From: Eledone cirrhosa
Lineage: Eukaryota
DNA: 64,000 nucleotides
Reading direction: 5' to 3'
NCBI GenBank assembly: GCA_964016885.1
Contig: OZ024741.1
Span: forward strand, 15,190,001-15,254,000
The notes under the pieces were generated by a model. That model had not been told where the DNA came from and ran no database searches. It worked only from the letters and a program-made list of their open reading frames with translations. A program made the position numbers and the translations under genes. Of this stretch, positions 25,755 through 42,500 are shown in pieces. Numbering within the stretch: the first letter of the stretch is position 1; every line of letters starts with the position of its first letter.

Positions 25755-27520
25755 AAAGACGCAGCCGGCGTTGCTCAGGAATGAAAGTGTTCCCTATATA
25801 TTAGAAGAAGAAAGCAAAACATGTCATACAGAAATTTGTTATTTTAAATTCCATTTATTCAATTAAGGTACATGACGAAATCAATTCTGAATTTATAACA
25901 CAGAAATTAATAAAATATGAAAATAAAAAATTGATCTCTGTTATGAGGGGAGATACATTCTAGCAGATGTGTTGAATGAAATTACTGGGTAAACAACATT
26001 CTTTGTTTTCTGGTTCGGAATATAGACAAATACGTCTTGTAAACTACCCATCCTGGAGCAACAAACATAAAGTTGACCATCAGAAAAGAAATGCTAATTT
26101 AAGTGCAAGCCAGTAGATTTCAATGTCTGACCTCAGCCTTTATTGATAGGCATTGCGAAGCAAAGTTGTACTGGGAATTGTATTTCAAATGGCATGTCCG
26201 TTGGTTTGATTGGAATTCTTGTAATGGAAATATCTTCCCCAGAGGTACACCCAGTGATGATGGTAGCTTCTATCACATTAGGTGATAAGGTCTTCACAAT
26301 TAACCTTGTCCCATTGCATAATTTAGGAGGATCTAAATTTCTTAGAAGTATTATTGGGACTCCAAACTTCAGAAAAGGTTTATGTGGAGCAGTTCCAGGT
26401 GGCTCAAGAGAATTACGAAACTCTGTTGGGAGGTGGACAGCTTTGATATTCATTAAGGACTGAATCAACGGATTTGTACTCCTTAATGACAGTTGGAATC
26501 TTATTCATTAGCTCATGGTTAATCCTTGCTACTATCTGATTTGTATTTTAGCAAGAATTGCCCTTTCACATAACCATTTATGTGAATTATGATGACTTAA
26601 GTTCAGAAATACCCTGTTCTTTAATTCAGCTGGGGAATCCACCATGATAGCAATATGATCCAAGTTTATATAACCATTCCTATCAATTGGTAGTGTTCCA
26701 TTTTCTAATTGAAGGTGTCGGGTTGAAAACTGTTCTGTACATTGGTCCCAGTGTAAATAAACTCTCATGTTAGTATTAAAGGAGAAATTCTTTACTTTAT
26801 TCCATAGCTGCGAAGACTTAATGAGTTCTTGTTCCTCTCGGAATGACTGGTAATGCCTGTCTGAAGTCTCATCGTGTATTCATCTCAAATAATCAGGAGG
26901 CATTTGCACAACACTTCTGCTAAACCTGAGCCTTTGCTTCTGTTACAAATTGGACTGTCATCTGTGACCAGGTTTAACGGTAATTTAAAAGCAGAATGAG
27001 CTGTTCGTCTTTCTGCTGGGAGATGGGTGGCAGCAATGCCAGACGATGCTACAGCAACTGCAATTCTTTTTTGCCGCCTTACCTTGGAGGGAAGTAATGT
27101 TGTTACAAATATTTTACCTCTGCCACCTGAAGCATCAAGAATGAAAATTCCTCTTGACTAACGAAATGATTTCATAATACGCTGAGCGTTGTTTTGGAAG
27201 ACGTTTAGATTCATGTTCATTCACAGATGCAACCAACTCTGAGATGTCATAATTTGTGTCTCTTAAAAATTCTTTTGAAGTTAAATCACTTTGATTTTGA
27301 CAGCTTGGTACCAGACTCTGGCAAATTCTTGACTCCCATGACTAAAATTGATCCTCAATTTCAATCAATGGTTGATTAAAAATTTCTTCACATAACTGAA
27401 TATTGATGCGTGGGTTTGCATGTGAACTGCATACGTTAAGTCCCTAGCCATATATCCTATTGATGTTTCATCCAAAGTTGACACCTGTTCGGCATTATTG
27501 CAAAAGGGTTACGGAGAATA
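25755..27520 (-). mobile_element. Decayed autonomous Helitron: Rep-helicase linker + Pif1 (SF1B) helicase + degenerate 3' end
   Basis: Minus-strand motifs LRN.FAIM..C, FILDASGGRGK, AVASSGIAAT.L..RTAHSAFKLP, DFRQALPVIP, NMRV, ERAILA, ILLRNLDPPKLCNGTRL, QFPV.LCFAM.INK..GQTL and FSDGQLYV.CSR. A hairpin-like ctgagcaacgccgg lies near 25765-25778. Many stops and frameshifts. Confidence 0.88.
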
Positions 27521-30500
27521 CGTAACTGGAGAATAAGACGATGGAGAATATGACACTGGAGAATATGACACTGGAGAATATGACACTGGAGGATATGACA
27601 CTGGAGAATATGACACTGGAGAATATGACATTGGAGGATATGACACTGGAGAATATGACACTGGATAATATGACACTGGATAATATGACACTGGATAATA
27701 TGACACTGGATAATATGACACTGGAGAATATGACACTAGAGAATATGACACTAGGTAATATGACACTGGATAATGTGACACTGGATAATATGACAGTAGA
27801 TATGACACTGGAGAATATGACACTGGAGAATATGACAGTAGATAATATGACACTGGATAATATGACACTGGAGGATATGACACTGGAGAAAATGACACTA
27901 GAAAATATGACACTGGAGAATATGACACTGGAGAATATGACAGTAGATAATATGACACTGGAAAATATATGACACTGGAGGATATGACACTGGAGAATAT
28001 GACACTGGATAATATGACACTGGATAATATGACACTGGAGAATATGACAGTAGATAATATGACACTGGAGAATATGACACTGGAGAATATGACACTGGAG
28101 AATATGACAGTAGATAACATGACACTGGATAATATGACACTGGAGGATATGAAACTAGAAAATATGACACTGGAGAATATGACACTGGATAATATGACAT
28201 TGGAGAATATGACACTGGATAATATGACACTGGATAATGTGACATTGGAGAATATGACAGTAGATAATATGACACTGGATAATGTGACATTGGAGAATAT
28301 GACAGTAGATAATATGACACTGGATAATGTGACATTGGAGAATATGACAGTAGATAATATGACACTAGAAAATATGACACTGGAGAATATGACACTGGAG
28401 AATATGACACTGGATAATGTGACATTGGAGAATATGACAGTAGATAATATGACACTGGAGAATATGACACTGGAGAATATGACACTGGAGAATATGACAG
28501 TAGATAACATGACACTGGATAATATGACACTGGAGGATATGACACTGGAGAATATGAAACTAGAAAATATGACACTGGAGATATGACACTGGAGGATATG
28601 ACACTGGATAATATGACACTGGATAATATGACACTGGAGAATATGACACTGGATAAAATGACACTGGATAATATGACACTGGATAATATGACACTGGAGA
28701 ATATGACACTGGATAATATGAAACTGGATAATGTGACACTGGAGAATATGACACTGGATAATATGACACTGGAGAATATGACACTGGCGAATATGACACT
28801 GGAGAATATGACACTAGATAATATGATACTGGATAATATGACCCTAGATAATATGACACTGGAGAATATGACACTGGAGAATATGACACTGGAGAATATG
28901 ACACTGCATAATATGACACTGGAAAATATGACAGTAGATAATATGACAATGGAGAATATGACACTAGATAATATGACATTGGAGGATATGACACGAGATA
29001 ATATGACACTGGATAATATGACAGTGGAGAATATGACAGTAGATAATATGACACTTGAGAATATGACACTGGAGAATATGACATTGGACATTATGACACT
29101 GGAGAATATGACACTAGATAAAATGACACTGGAGAATATGACACTGGATTATATGACACTGGATAATATGACACTGGAGAATATGACACTGGAGAATATG
29201 ACACTAGATAATATGACACTGGAGAATATGACACTGGAGAATATGACACTGGAGAATATGACACTGGAGAATATGACACTAGATAATATGACACTGTAGA
29301 ATATGAGACTAGATAATATGACACTGGAGGATATGACACTGGAGAATATGAAACTAGAAAATATGACACTGGAGAATATGACACTGGAGAATATGTCACT
29401 GGATAATATGACACTGGATAATGTGACATTGGAGAATATGACAGTATATAATATGACACTGGATAATGTGACATTGGAGAATATGACAGTAGATAACATG
29501 ACACTGGATAATATGACACTGGAGGATATGACACTGGAGAATATGAAACTAGAAAATATGACACTGGAGAATATGACACTGGATAATATGACATTGGAGA
29601 ATATGACACTGGATAATATGACACTGGATAATGTGACATTGGAGAATATGACAGTAGATAATATGACACTGGATAATGTGACATTGGAGAATATGACAGT
29701 AGATAATATGACACTGGAGAATATGACACTGGAGAATATGACAGTAGATAACATGACACTGGATAATATGACACTGGAGGATATGACACTGGAGAATATG
29801 AAACTAGAAAATATGACACTGGAGAATATGACACTGGAGGATATGACACTGGATAATATGACACTGGATAATATGACACTGGAGAATATGACACTGGATA
29901 AAATGACACTGGATAATATGACACTGGATAATATGACACTGGATAATATGACACTGGAGAATATGACACTGGATAATATGACACTGGATAATATGACACT
30001 GGATAATATGACACTGGAGAATATGACACTGGCGAATATGACACTGGAGAATATGACACTAGATAATATGATACTGGATAATATGACCCTAGATAATATG
30101 ACACTGGAGAATATGACACTGGAGAATATGACACTGGAGAATATGACACTGGAGAATATGACACTGGAGAATATGACACTGGATAATATGACACTGGAAA
30201 ATATGACAGTAGATAATATGACACTGGAGAATATGACACTAGATAATATGACATTGGAGGATATGACACGAGATAATATGACACTGGATAATATGACAGT
30301 GGAGAATATGACACTAGATAATATGACACTTGAGAATATGACACTGGAGAATATGACATTGGACATTATGACACTGGAGAATATGACACTAGATAAAATA
30401 ACACTGGAGAATATGACACTGGATTATATGACACTGGATAATATGACACTGGAGAATATGACACTGGAGAATATGACACTGAAGAATATGACACTAGATA

Positions 30501-33500
30501 ATATGACACTGGAGAATATGACACTGGAGAATATGACACAGGATAATATGACACTGGATAATTTGACACTGGATAATATGACACTAGATAATATGACACT
30601 GCAGAATATGACACTGGAGAATATGACACTGGAGAATATGACACTGGAGAATATGACACTGGATAATTTGACACTGGATAATATGACACTAGATAATTTG
30701 ACACTAGATAATATGACACTAGATAATATGACACTGCAGAATATGACACTGGAGAATATGACACTGGAGAATATGACACTGGATAATTTGACACTGGATA
30801 ATATGACACTGGATAATTTGACACTAGATAATATGACACTAGATAATATGACACTGCAGAATGTGACACTGGAGAATATGACACTGGAGAATATGACACT
30901 GGAGAATATGACACTGGATAATTTGACACTGGATAATATGACACTAGATAATATGACACTGGAGAATATGACACTAGATAATATGACAGTAGATAATATG
31001 ACACTGGAGAATATGACACTGGACAATATGACACTGGATAATATGACACTGGATAATATGACACTGGATAATATGACACAGGATAATATGACACTGGAGA
31101 ATATGACACTAGATAATATGACACTGGATAATATGACACTGGATAATATGACACTAGATAATATGACACTGGAGAATATGACACTAGATAATATGACAGT
31201 AGATAATATGACACTGGAGAATATGACACTAGATAATATGACACTGGATAATATGACACTTGATAATATGACACAAGATAATTTGACACTAGATAATATG
31301 ACACTGGAGAATATGACACTGGAGAATATGACACTGGAGAATATGACACTAGATAATATGACAATGGAGAATATGACATGAGAGAATATAACAACTGGAT
31401 AATATGACACTAGATAATATGGCACTGGAAAATATGACACTAGATAATATGACACTGGAGAATATGACACTGGAGAATATGACCCTAGAAAATATGACAC
31501 TGGAGAATATGACATTGTATAATATGACACTGGATAATATGACACTAGATAATATGAAACTGGAGAATATGACACTAGATAATATGACACTGGAGAATAT
31601 GACACTAGATAATATGACACTGTAGATTATGAGACTAGATAATATGACACTGGAGGATATGACACTGGGGAATATGAAACTAGAAAATATGACACTGGCG
31701 AATATGACACTGGATAATATGACACTGGAGAATATGACACTGGATAATATGACACTGGATAATGTAACATTGGAGAATATGACAGTAGATAATATGACAC
31801 TGGATAATGTGACATTGGAGAATATGACAGTAGATAACATGACACTGGATAATATGACACTGGAGGATATGACACTGGAGAATATGAAACTAGAAAATAT
31901 GACACTGGAGAATATGACACTGGGGGATATGACACTGGATAATATGACACTGGATAATATGACACTGGAGAATATGACACTGGATAAAATGACACTGGAT
32001 AATATGACACTGGATAATATGACACTGGATAATATGACACTGGAGAATATGACACTGGATAATATGAAACTGGATAATGTGACACTGGAGAATATGACAC
32101 TGGATAATATGACACTGGATAATATGACACTGGATAATATGACACTGGAGAATATGACACTGGCGAATATGACACTGGAGAATATGACACTAGATAATAT
32201 GATACTAGATAATATGACACTGGAGAATATGATACTGGAGAATATGACACTGGAGAATATGACACTGGAGAATATGACACTGGAGAATATGACACTGGAA
32301 AATATGACAGTAGATAATATGACACTGGAGAATATGACACTGGATAATATGACAGTGGAGAATATGACACTAGATAATATGACACTTGAGAATATGACAC
32401 TGGAGAATATGACATTGGACATTATGACACTGGAGAAAATGACACTAGATAAAATGACACTGGAGAATATGACACTGGATTATATGACACTGGATAATAT
32501 GACACTGGAGAATATGACACTGGAGAATATGACACTAGATAATATGACACTGGAGAATATGACACTGGATAATATGACAATAGATAATATGACACTGGAG
32601 AATATGACACTAGATAATATGACAGTAGATAATATGACACTGGAGAATATGACACTAGATAATATGACACTGGATAATATGACACTTGATAATATGACAC
32701 AAGATAATATGACACTAGATAATATGACACTGGAGAATATGACACTGGAGAATATGACTCTGGAGAATATGACACTAGATAATATGACAATGGAGAATAT
32801 GACATGAGAGAATATAACAACTGGATAATATGACACTAGATAATATGGCACTGGAAAATATGACACTAGATAATATGACACTGGAGAATATGACACTGGA
32901 GAATATGACACTAGAAAATATGACACTGGAGAATATGACACTGTATAATATGACACTGGATAATATGACACTAGATAATATGAAACTGGAGAATATGACA
33001 CTAGATAATATGACACTGGAGAATATGACACTAGATAATATGACATTGGAGGATATGACACGAGATAATATGACACTGGATAATATGACAGTGGAGAATA
33101 TGACACTAGATAATATGACACTTGAGAATATGACACTGGAGAATATGACATTGGACATTATGACACTGGAGAATATGACACTAGATAAAATGACACTGGA
33201 GAATATGACACTGGATTATATGACACTGGATAATATGACACTGGAGAATATGACACTGGAGAATATGACACTGAAGAATATAACACTAGATAATATGACA
33301 CTGGAGAATATGACACTGGAGAATATGACACAGGATAATATGACACTGGAGAATATGACACTGGAGAATATGACACTGGAGAATATGACACTGGAGAATA
33401 TGACACTGGAGAATATGACACTGGATAATTTGACACTGGATAATATGACACTAGATAATATGACACTGGAGAATATGACACTAGATAATATGACAGTAGA

Positions 33501-36500
33501 TAATATGACACTGGAGAATATGACACTGGACAATATGACACTGGATAATATGACACTGGATAATATGACACTGGATAATATGACACAGGATAATATGACA
33601 CTGGAGAATATGACACTAGATAATATGACACTGGATAATATGACACTGGATAATATGACACTAGATAATATAACACTGGAGAATATGACACTAGATAATA
33701 TGACAGTAGATAATATGACACTGGAGAATATGACACTAGATAATATGACACTGGATAATATGACACTTGATAATATGACACAAGATAATATGACACTAGA
33801 TAATATGACACTGGAGAATATGACACTGGAGAATATGACACTGGAGAATATGACACTAGATAATATGACAATGGAGAATATGACATGAGAGAATATAACA
33901 ACTGGATAATATGACACTAGATAATATGGCACTGGAAAATATGACACTAGATAATATGACACTGGAGAATATGACACTGGAGAATATGACACTAGAAAAT
34001 ATGACACTGGAGAATATGACATTGTATAATATGACACTGGATAATATGACACTAGATAATATGAAACTGGAGAATATGACACTAGATAATATGACACTGT
34101 AGATTATGAGACTAGATAATATGACACTGGAGGATATGACACTAGGGAATATGAAACTAGAAAATATGACACTGGAGAATATGACACTGGATAATATGAC
34201 ACTGGAGAATATGACACTGGATAATATGACACTGGATAATGTGACATTGGAGAATATGACAGTAGATAATATGACACTGGATAATGTGACATTGGAGAAT
34301 ATGACAGTAGATAACATGACACTGGATAATATGACACTGGAGGATATGACACTGGAGAATATGAAACTAGAAAATATGACACTGGAGAATATGACACTGG
34401 AGGATATGACACTGGATAATATGACACTGGATAATATGACACTGGAGAATATAACACTGGATAAAATGACACTGGATAATATGACACTGGATAATATGAC
34501 ACTGGATAATATGACGCTGGAGAATATGACACTGTATAATATGAAACTGGATAATGTGACACTGGAGAATATGACACTGGATAATATGACACTGGATAAT
34601 ATGACACTGGAGAATATGACACTGGAGAATATGACACTGGAGAATATGACACTGGAGAATATGACACTGGAAAATATGACAGTAGATAATATGACACTGG
34701 AGAATATGACACTAGATAATATGACAGTGGAGAATATGACACTAGATAATATGACACTTGAGAATATGACACTGGAGAATATGACATTGGACATTATGAC
34801 ACTGGAGAATATGACACTAGATAAAATTACACTGGAGAATATGACACTGGATTATATGACACTGGATAATATGACACTGGAGAATATGACACTGGAGAAT
34901 ATGACACTAGATAATATGACACTGGAGAATATGACACTGGATAATATGACACTAGATAATATGACACTGGAGAATATGACACTAGATAATATGACAGTAG
35001 ATAATATGACACTGGAGAATATGACACTAGATAATATGACACTGGATAATATGACACTTGATAATATGACACAAGATAATATGACACTAGATAATATGAC
35101 ACTGGAGAATATGACACTGGAGAATATGACACTGGAGAATATGACACTAGATAATATGACAATGGAGAATATGACATGAGAGAATATAACAACTGGATAA
35201 TATGACACTAGATAATATGGCACTGGAAAATATGACACTAGATAATATGACACTGGAGAATATGACACTGGAGAATATGACACTAGAAAATATGACACTG
35301 GAGAATATGACACTGTATAATATGACACTGGATAATATGACACTAGATAATATGAAACTGGAGAATATGACACTAGATAATATGACACTGGAGAATATGA
35401 CACTAGATAATATGACAATGGAGAATATGACATGAGAGAATATAACAACTGGATAATATGACACTAGATAATATGGCACTGGAAAATATGACACTAGATA
35501 ATATGACACTGGAGAATATGACACTGGAGAATATGACACTAGAAAATATGACACTGGAGAATATGACACTGTATAATATGACACTGGATAATATGACACT
35601 AGATAATATGAAACTGGAGAATATGACACTAGATAATATGACACTGGAGAATATGACACTAGATAATATGACACTGTAGAATATGAGACTAGATAATATG
35701 ACACTGGAGAATATGACACTGGAGAATATGACACTAGTTAATATGACACTGGATAATATGACACTAGATAATATGACACTGGAGAATATGACACTAGATA
35801 ATATGACACTGGATAATATGACACTAGATAATATGACACTGGAGAGTATGAGACTGGAGAATATGACACTGCATAATATGACACTTGATAATATGACACT
35901 GGATAATATGAGACTAGATAATATGACACTGGAGAATATGACACTAGATATTATGACACTGTAGAATATGACACTGGATAATATGACACTGGAGAATATG
36001 ACACTAGATAATATGACACTAGATAATATGACACTGGATAATATGACACTGAATAATATGACACTGGAGAATATGCCACAAGATAATATGACAATGGATA
36101 ATATGACACTGGATAATATGACACTAGATAATATGACACTAGATAATATGAAACTAGATAATATGACTCTGCATAATATGACACTGGAGAATATGACACT
36201 GGAGAATATGACACTGGATAATATGACACTGGATAATATGACACTTGAGAATATGACACTGTATAATATGACACTGGATAATATGACACTGGAGAATATG
36301 ACACTGGAGAATATGACATTGGATAATATGACCCTGGAGAATATGACGGTAGATAGTATGACATTGGATAATATGACACTGCATAATATGACACAGGATA
36401 ATATGACACTAGAGAATATGACACTGGAGGATATGACACTGGAGAATATGACACTAGATAATATGACACTTGAGAATATGACACTGGAGAATATGACACT

Positions 36501-39500
36501 AGATAATTTGACACTGGAGAACATGACACTGGATAATATGACACTGGAGAATATGACACAGTATAATATGACACTGAATAATATGACACTGCATAATATG
36601 ACACTGGAGAATATGACACTGGATAATATGATACTGGATAATATAACACTGGACAATATGACACTGGAGAATATGACACTGAATAATATGACACTAGAGA
36701 ATATGACACTGGAGAATATGACACTGGAGAATATGACACTAGATAATATGACACTTGAGAAATTGACACTGGAGAATATGACACTGGAGAATATGACAGT
36801 AGATAATATGACACTAGATAATATGATACTGGAGAATATGACACTGGAGAATATGACACTAGATATTATGACACTGGATAATATGACACTGGAGAATATG
36901 ACACTGGATAATATGACACTGGAGAATATGACACTGGAGAATATGACACTGGAGAATATGACACTAGATAATATGACACTGGAGAATATGACACTGGATA
37001 ATATGACACTGGATAATATGACACTAGATAATATGACACTGTAGAATATGACACTAGATAATATGACACTAGATAATATGACACTGGAGAATATGACACG
37101 ACAGAATATGACACTGGAGAATATGACACTAGATAATATGACACTGGCGAATATGACACTGGAGAATATGACACTGGCGAATATGACACTGGAGAATATG
37201 ACACTAGATAATATGATACTGGATAATATGACCCTAGATAATATGACACTGGAGAATATGACACTGGATAATATGACACTAGATAATATAACACTGGAGA
37301 ATATGACACGACAGAATATGACACTAGAGAATATGACACTAGATAATATGACACTGGCGAATATGACACTGGAGAATATGACACTGGATAATATGACACT
37401 GGAGAATATGACACTGAATAATATGACACTGGATAATGTGACATTGGAGAATATGACAGTAGATAATAAGACACTGGATAATGTGACATTGGAGAATATG
37501 ACAGTAGATAATATGACACTGGAGAATATGACACTGGAGAATATGACACTGGAGAATATGACAGTAGATAACATGACACTGGATAAGATGACACTGGAGG
37601 ATATGAAACTGGAGAATATGAAACTAGAAAATATGACACTGGAGAATATGACACTGGATAATATGACACTGGAGAATATGACACTGGATAATATGACACT
37701 GTATAATATGACACTGGATAATATGACACTGGAGAATATGACACTGGCGAATATGACACTGGAGAATATGACACTAGATAATATGATACTGGATAATATG
37801 ACCCTAGATAATATGACGCTGGAGAATATGACACTGGAGAATATGACACTGGATAATATGACACTGGAGAATATGACACTGGAGAATATGACACTAGAAA
37901 ATATGACACTGGAGAATATGACATTGTATAATATGACACTGGATAATATGACACTAGATAATATGAAACTGGAGAATATGACACTAGATAATATGACACT
38001 CGAGAATATGATACTAGATAATATGACACTGTAGATTATGAGACTGGATAATGTGACATTGGAGAATATGACAGTAGATAGTATGACACTGGATAATGTG
38101 ACATTGGAGAATATGACAGTAGATAACATGACACTGGATTAATATGACACTGGAGGATATGACACTGGAGAATATGAAACTAGAAAATATGACACTGGAG
38201 AATATGACACTGGATGATATGACACTGGATAATATGACACTGGATAATATGACACTGGAGAATATGACACTGGATAAAATGACACTGGATAATATGACAC
38301 TGGATGATATGACACTGGATAATATGACACTGGAGAATATGACACTGGATAATATGAAACTGGATAATGTGACATTGGAGGATATGACACGAGATAATAT
38401 GAAACTGGATAATATGACAGTGGAGAATATGACACTAGATAATATGACACTTGAGAATATGACACTGGAGAATATGACATTGGACATTATGACACTGGAG
38501 AATATGACACTAGATAAAATGACACTGGAGAATATGACACTGGATTATATGACACTGGATAATATGACACTGGAGAATATGACACTGGAGAATATGACAC
38601 TAGATAATATGACACTGGAGAATATGACACTGGATAATATGACACTAGATAATATGACACTGGAGAATATGACACTAGATAATATGACAGTAGATAATAT
38701 GACACTGGATAATATGACATTAGATAATATGACACAAGATAATACGACACTAGATAATATGACACTGGAGAATATGACACTGGAGAATATGACACTAGAT
38801 AATATGACAATGGAGAATATGACATGAGAGAATATAACAACTGGATAATATGACACTAGATAATATGAAACTGGAGAATATGACACTAGATAATATGACA
38901 CTCGAGAATATGACACTAGATAATATGACACTGTAGATTATGAGACTAGATAATATGACACTGGAGGATATGACACTGGGGAATATGAAACTAGAAAATA
39001 TGACACTGGAGAATATGACACTGGAGAATATGACACTGGAGAATATGACACTGGATAATATGACACTGGATAATGTGACATTGGAGAATATGACAGTAGA
39101 TAGTATGACACTGGATAATGTGACATTGGAGAATATGACAGTAGATAACATGACACTGGATAATATGACACTGGAGGATATGACACTGGAGAATATGAAA
39201 CTAGAAAATATGACACTGGAGAATATGACACTGGAGGATATGACACTGGATAATATGACACTGGATAATATGACACTGGAGAATATGACACTGGATAAAA
39301 TGACACTGGATAATATGACACTGGATGATATGACACTGGATAATATGACACTGGAGAATATGACACTGGATAATATGAAACTGGATAATGTGACACTGGA
39401 GAATATGACACTGGATAATATGACACTAGATAATATGATACTGGATAATATGACACTGGAGAATATGACACTGGAGAATATGACACTGGAGAATATGACA

Positions 39501-42500
39501 CTGGAGAATATGACACTGGAAAATATGACAGTAGATAATATGACACTGGAGAATATGACACTAGATAATATGACATTGGAGGATATGACACGAGATAATA
39601 TGACACTGGATAATATGACAGTGGAGAATATGACACTAGATAATATGACACTTGAGAATATGACACTGGAGAATATGACATTGGACATTATGACACTGGA
39701 GAATATGACACTAGATAAAATGACACTGGAGAATATGACACTGGATTATATGACACTAGATAATATGACACTGGAGAATATGACACTGGAGAATATGACA
39801 CTAGATAATATGACACTGGAGAATATGACACTGGATAATATGACACTAGATAATATGACACTGGAGAATATGACACTAGATAATATGACAGTAGATAATA
39901 TGACACTGGATAATATGACATTAGATAATATGACACTAGATAATATGACACTGGATAATATGACACTAGATAATATGACACTGGAGAGTATGAGACTGGA
40001 GAATATGACACTGCATAATATGACACTGGAGAATATGACACTAGACAATAGGACACTGGATAATATGACACTGGATAATATGATACTGGATAATATGACC
40101 CTAGATAATATGATACTGGAGAATATGACACTGGAGAATATGTCACTGGATAATATGACATTAGATAATATGACACAGGATAATATGACACTGGATAATA
40201 TGATACTGGAGAATATGACAGTAGATAATATGACACTGGAGAATATGACAAGGGAGGATATGACACTAGACAATATGACACTAGATAATATGACACTGGA
40301 GAATATGACACTGGAGAATATGACACTGGAGAATATGACACTGGAGAATATGACACTGGAGAATATGACACTGGATAATATGACACTAGATAATATGACA
40401 CTGGAGAATATGACACGAGAGAATATGACACTGGATAATATGACAGTAGATAATATGACAGTGGAGAATATGACACTAGATAATATGACACTGGAAAATA
40501 TGACACTGGAGAATATTTCACTGGAGAATATGACACTAGAAAATATGACACTGGAGAATATGACACTGGATAATATGACACTGGATAATATGACACTAGA
40601 TAATATGACACTGGATAATATGACACTAGATAATATGACACTGGATAATATGACACTGGATAATATGACACTGGAGAATATGACACTGGAGAATATGACA
40701 CTGGAGAATATGACAGTAGATAATATGACACTGGAGAATATGACACTGGAGAATATGACACTGGATAATATGACACTGGAGAATATGACAATAGAAAATA
40801 TGACACTGGATAATATGAGACTGGATAATATGACACTTGAGAATATGACACTGGATAAAATGACACTGGATAATATGACAGTAGAAGATATAACAATGGA
40901 GAATATGACACTGGAGAATATGACACTGGAGAATATGACACTGGATAATATGACACTAGATAATATGACACTGGATAATATGACACTAGATAATATGACA
41001 CTGGATAATATGACACTGGAGGATATGACACTAGATAATATGACACTAGATAATATGACACTGGAGAATATGACACTGGAGAATATGACACTGGAGAATA
41101 TGATAATGCATAATATGACAGTGGAGAATATGACACTGGAGAATATGACACTGGATAATATGACACTGGAGAATATGACACTGGAGAATATGACACTAGA
41201 TAATATGACACTGGAGAATATGACACTGGAGAATATGAAACTGGATAATATGACACTGGATAATATGACACTGGAGAATATGACACTAGATGATATGACA
41301 CTGGAGAATATGACACTGGATAATTGGACACTAGTTAATATGACACTGGAGAATATGACACTTGATAATATGACAGTAGATAATATAACACTGGAGAATA
41401 TGAGACTGGAGAATATGACACTGGATAATATGACACTGGAGAATATGACACGAGAGAATATGACACTGGAGAATATGACACTGGATAATATGACACTGGA
41501 GAAGATGACACTGGAGAATATGACACTGGAGAATATGACACTGGAGAATATGACACTGCAGAATATGACACTAGGTAATATGACACTTGAGAATATGACA
41601 ATAGATAATATGAGACTGGAGAATATGACACTGGAGAATATGACACGAGAGAATATGACACTGGAGAATATGACACTGGATAATATGACACTAGATAATA
41701 TGACACTGGAGAATATGACACGAGAGAATATGACACTGGATAATATGACAGTAGATAATATGACAGTGGAGAATATGACACTAGATAATATGACACTGGA
41801 AAATATGACACTGGAGAATATTTCACTGGAGAATATGACACTAGAAAATATGACACTGGAGAATATGACACTGGATAATATGACACTGGATAATATGACA
41901 CTAGATAATATGACACTGGATAATATGACACTAGATAATATGACACTGGATAATATGACACTGGATAATATGACACTGGAGAATATGACACAGGAGAATA
42001 TGACACTGGAGTATATGACAGTAGATAATATGACACTGGAGAATATGACACTGGAGAATATGACACTGGATAATATGACACTGGAGAATATGACAATAGA
42101 AAATATGACACTGGATAATATGAGACTGGATAATATGACACTGGAGAATATGACACTGGATAAAATGACACTGGATAATATGACAGTAGATGATATAACA
42201 ATGGAGAATATGACACTGGAGGTTATGACATAGATAATATGACACTAGATAATATGACACTAGAGAATATGACACTGGAGAATATGACACTAGATAATAT
42301 GACACTGGAGGATAGGACACTAGATAATATGACACTAGATAATATGACACTGGAGAATATGACACAGGATAATATGACACTAGATAATATGACACTGGAG
42401 GATATGACACTAGATAATATAACACTGGATAATATGACACTGGAGAATATGACGCTAGATAATATGACACTGGAGGATATGACACTGGAGAATATGACAC

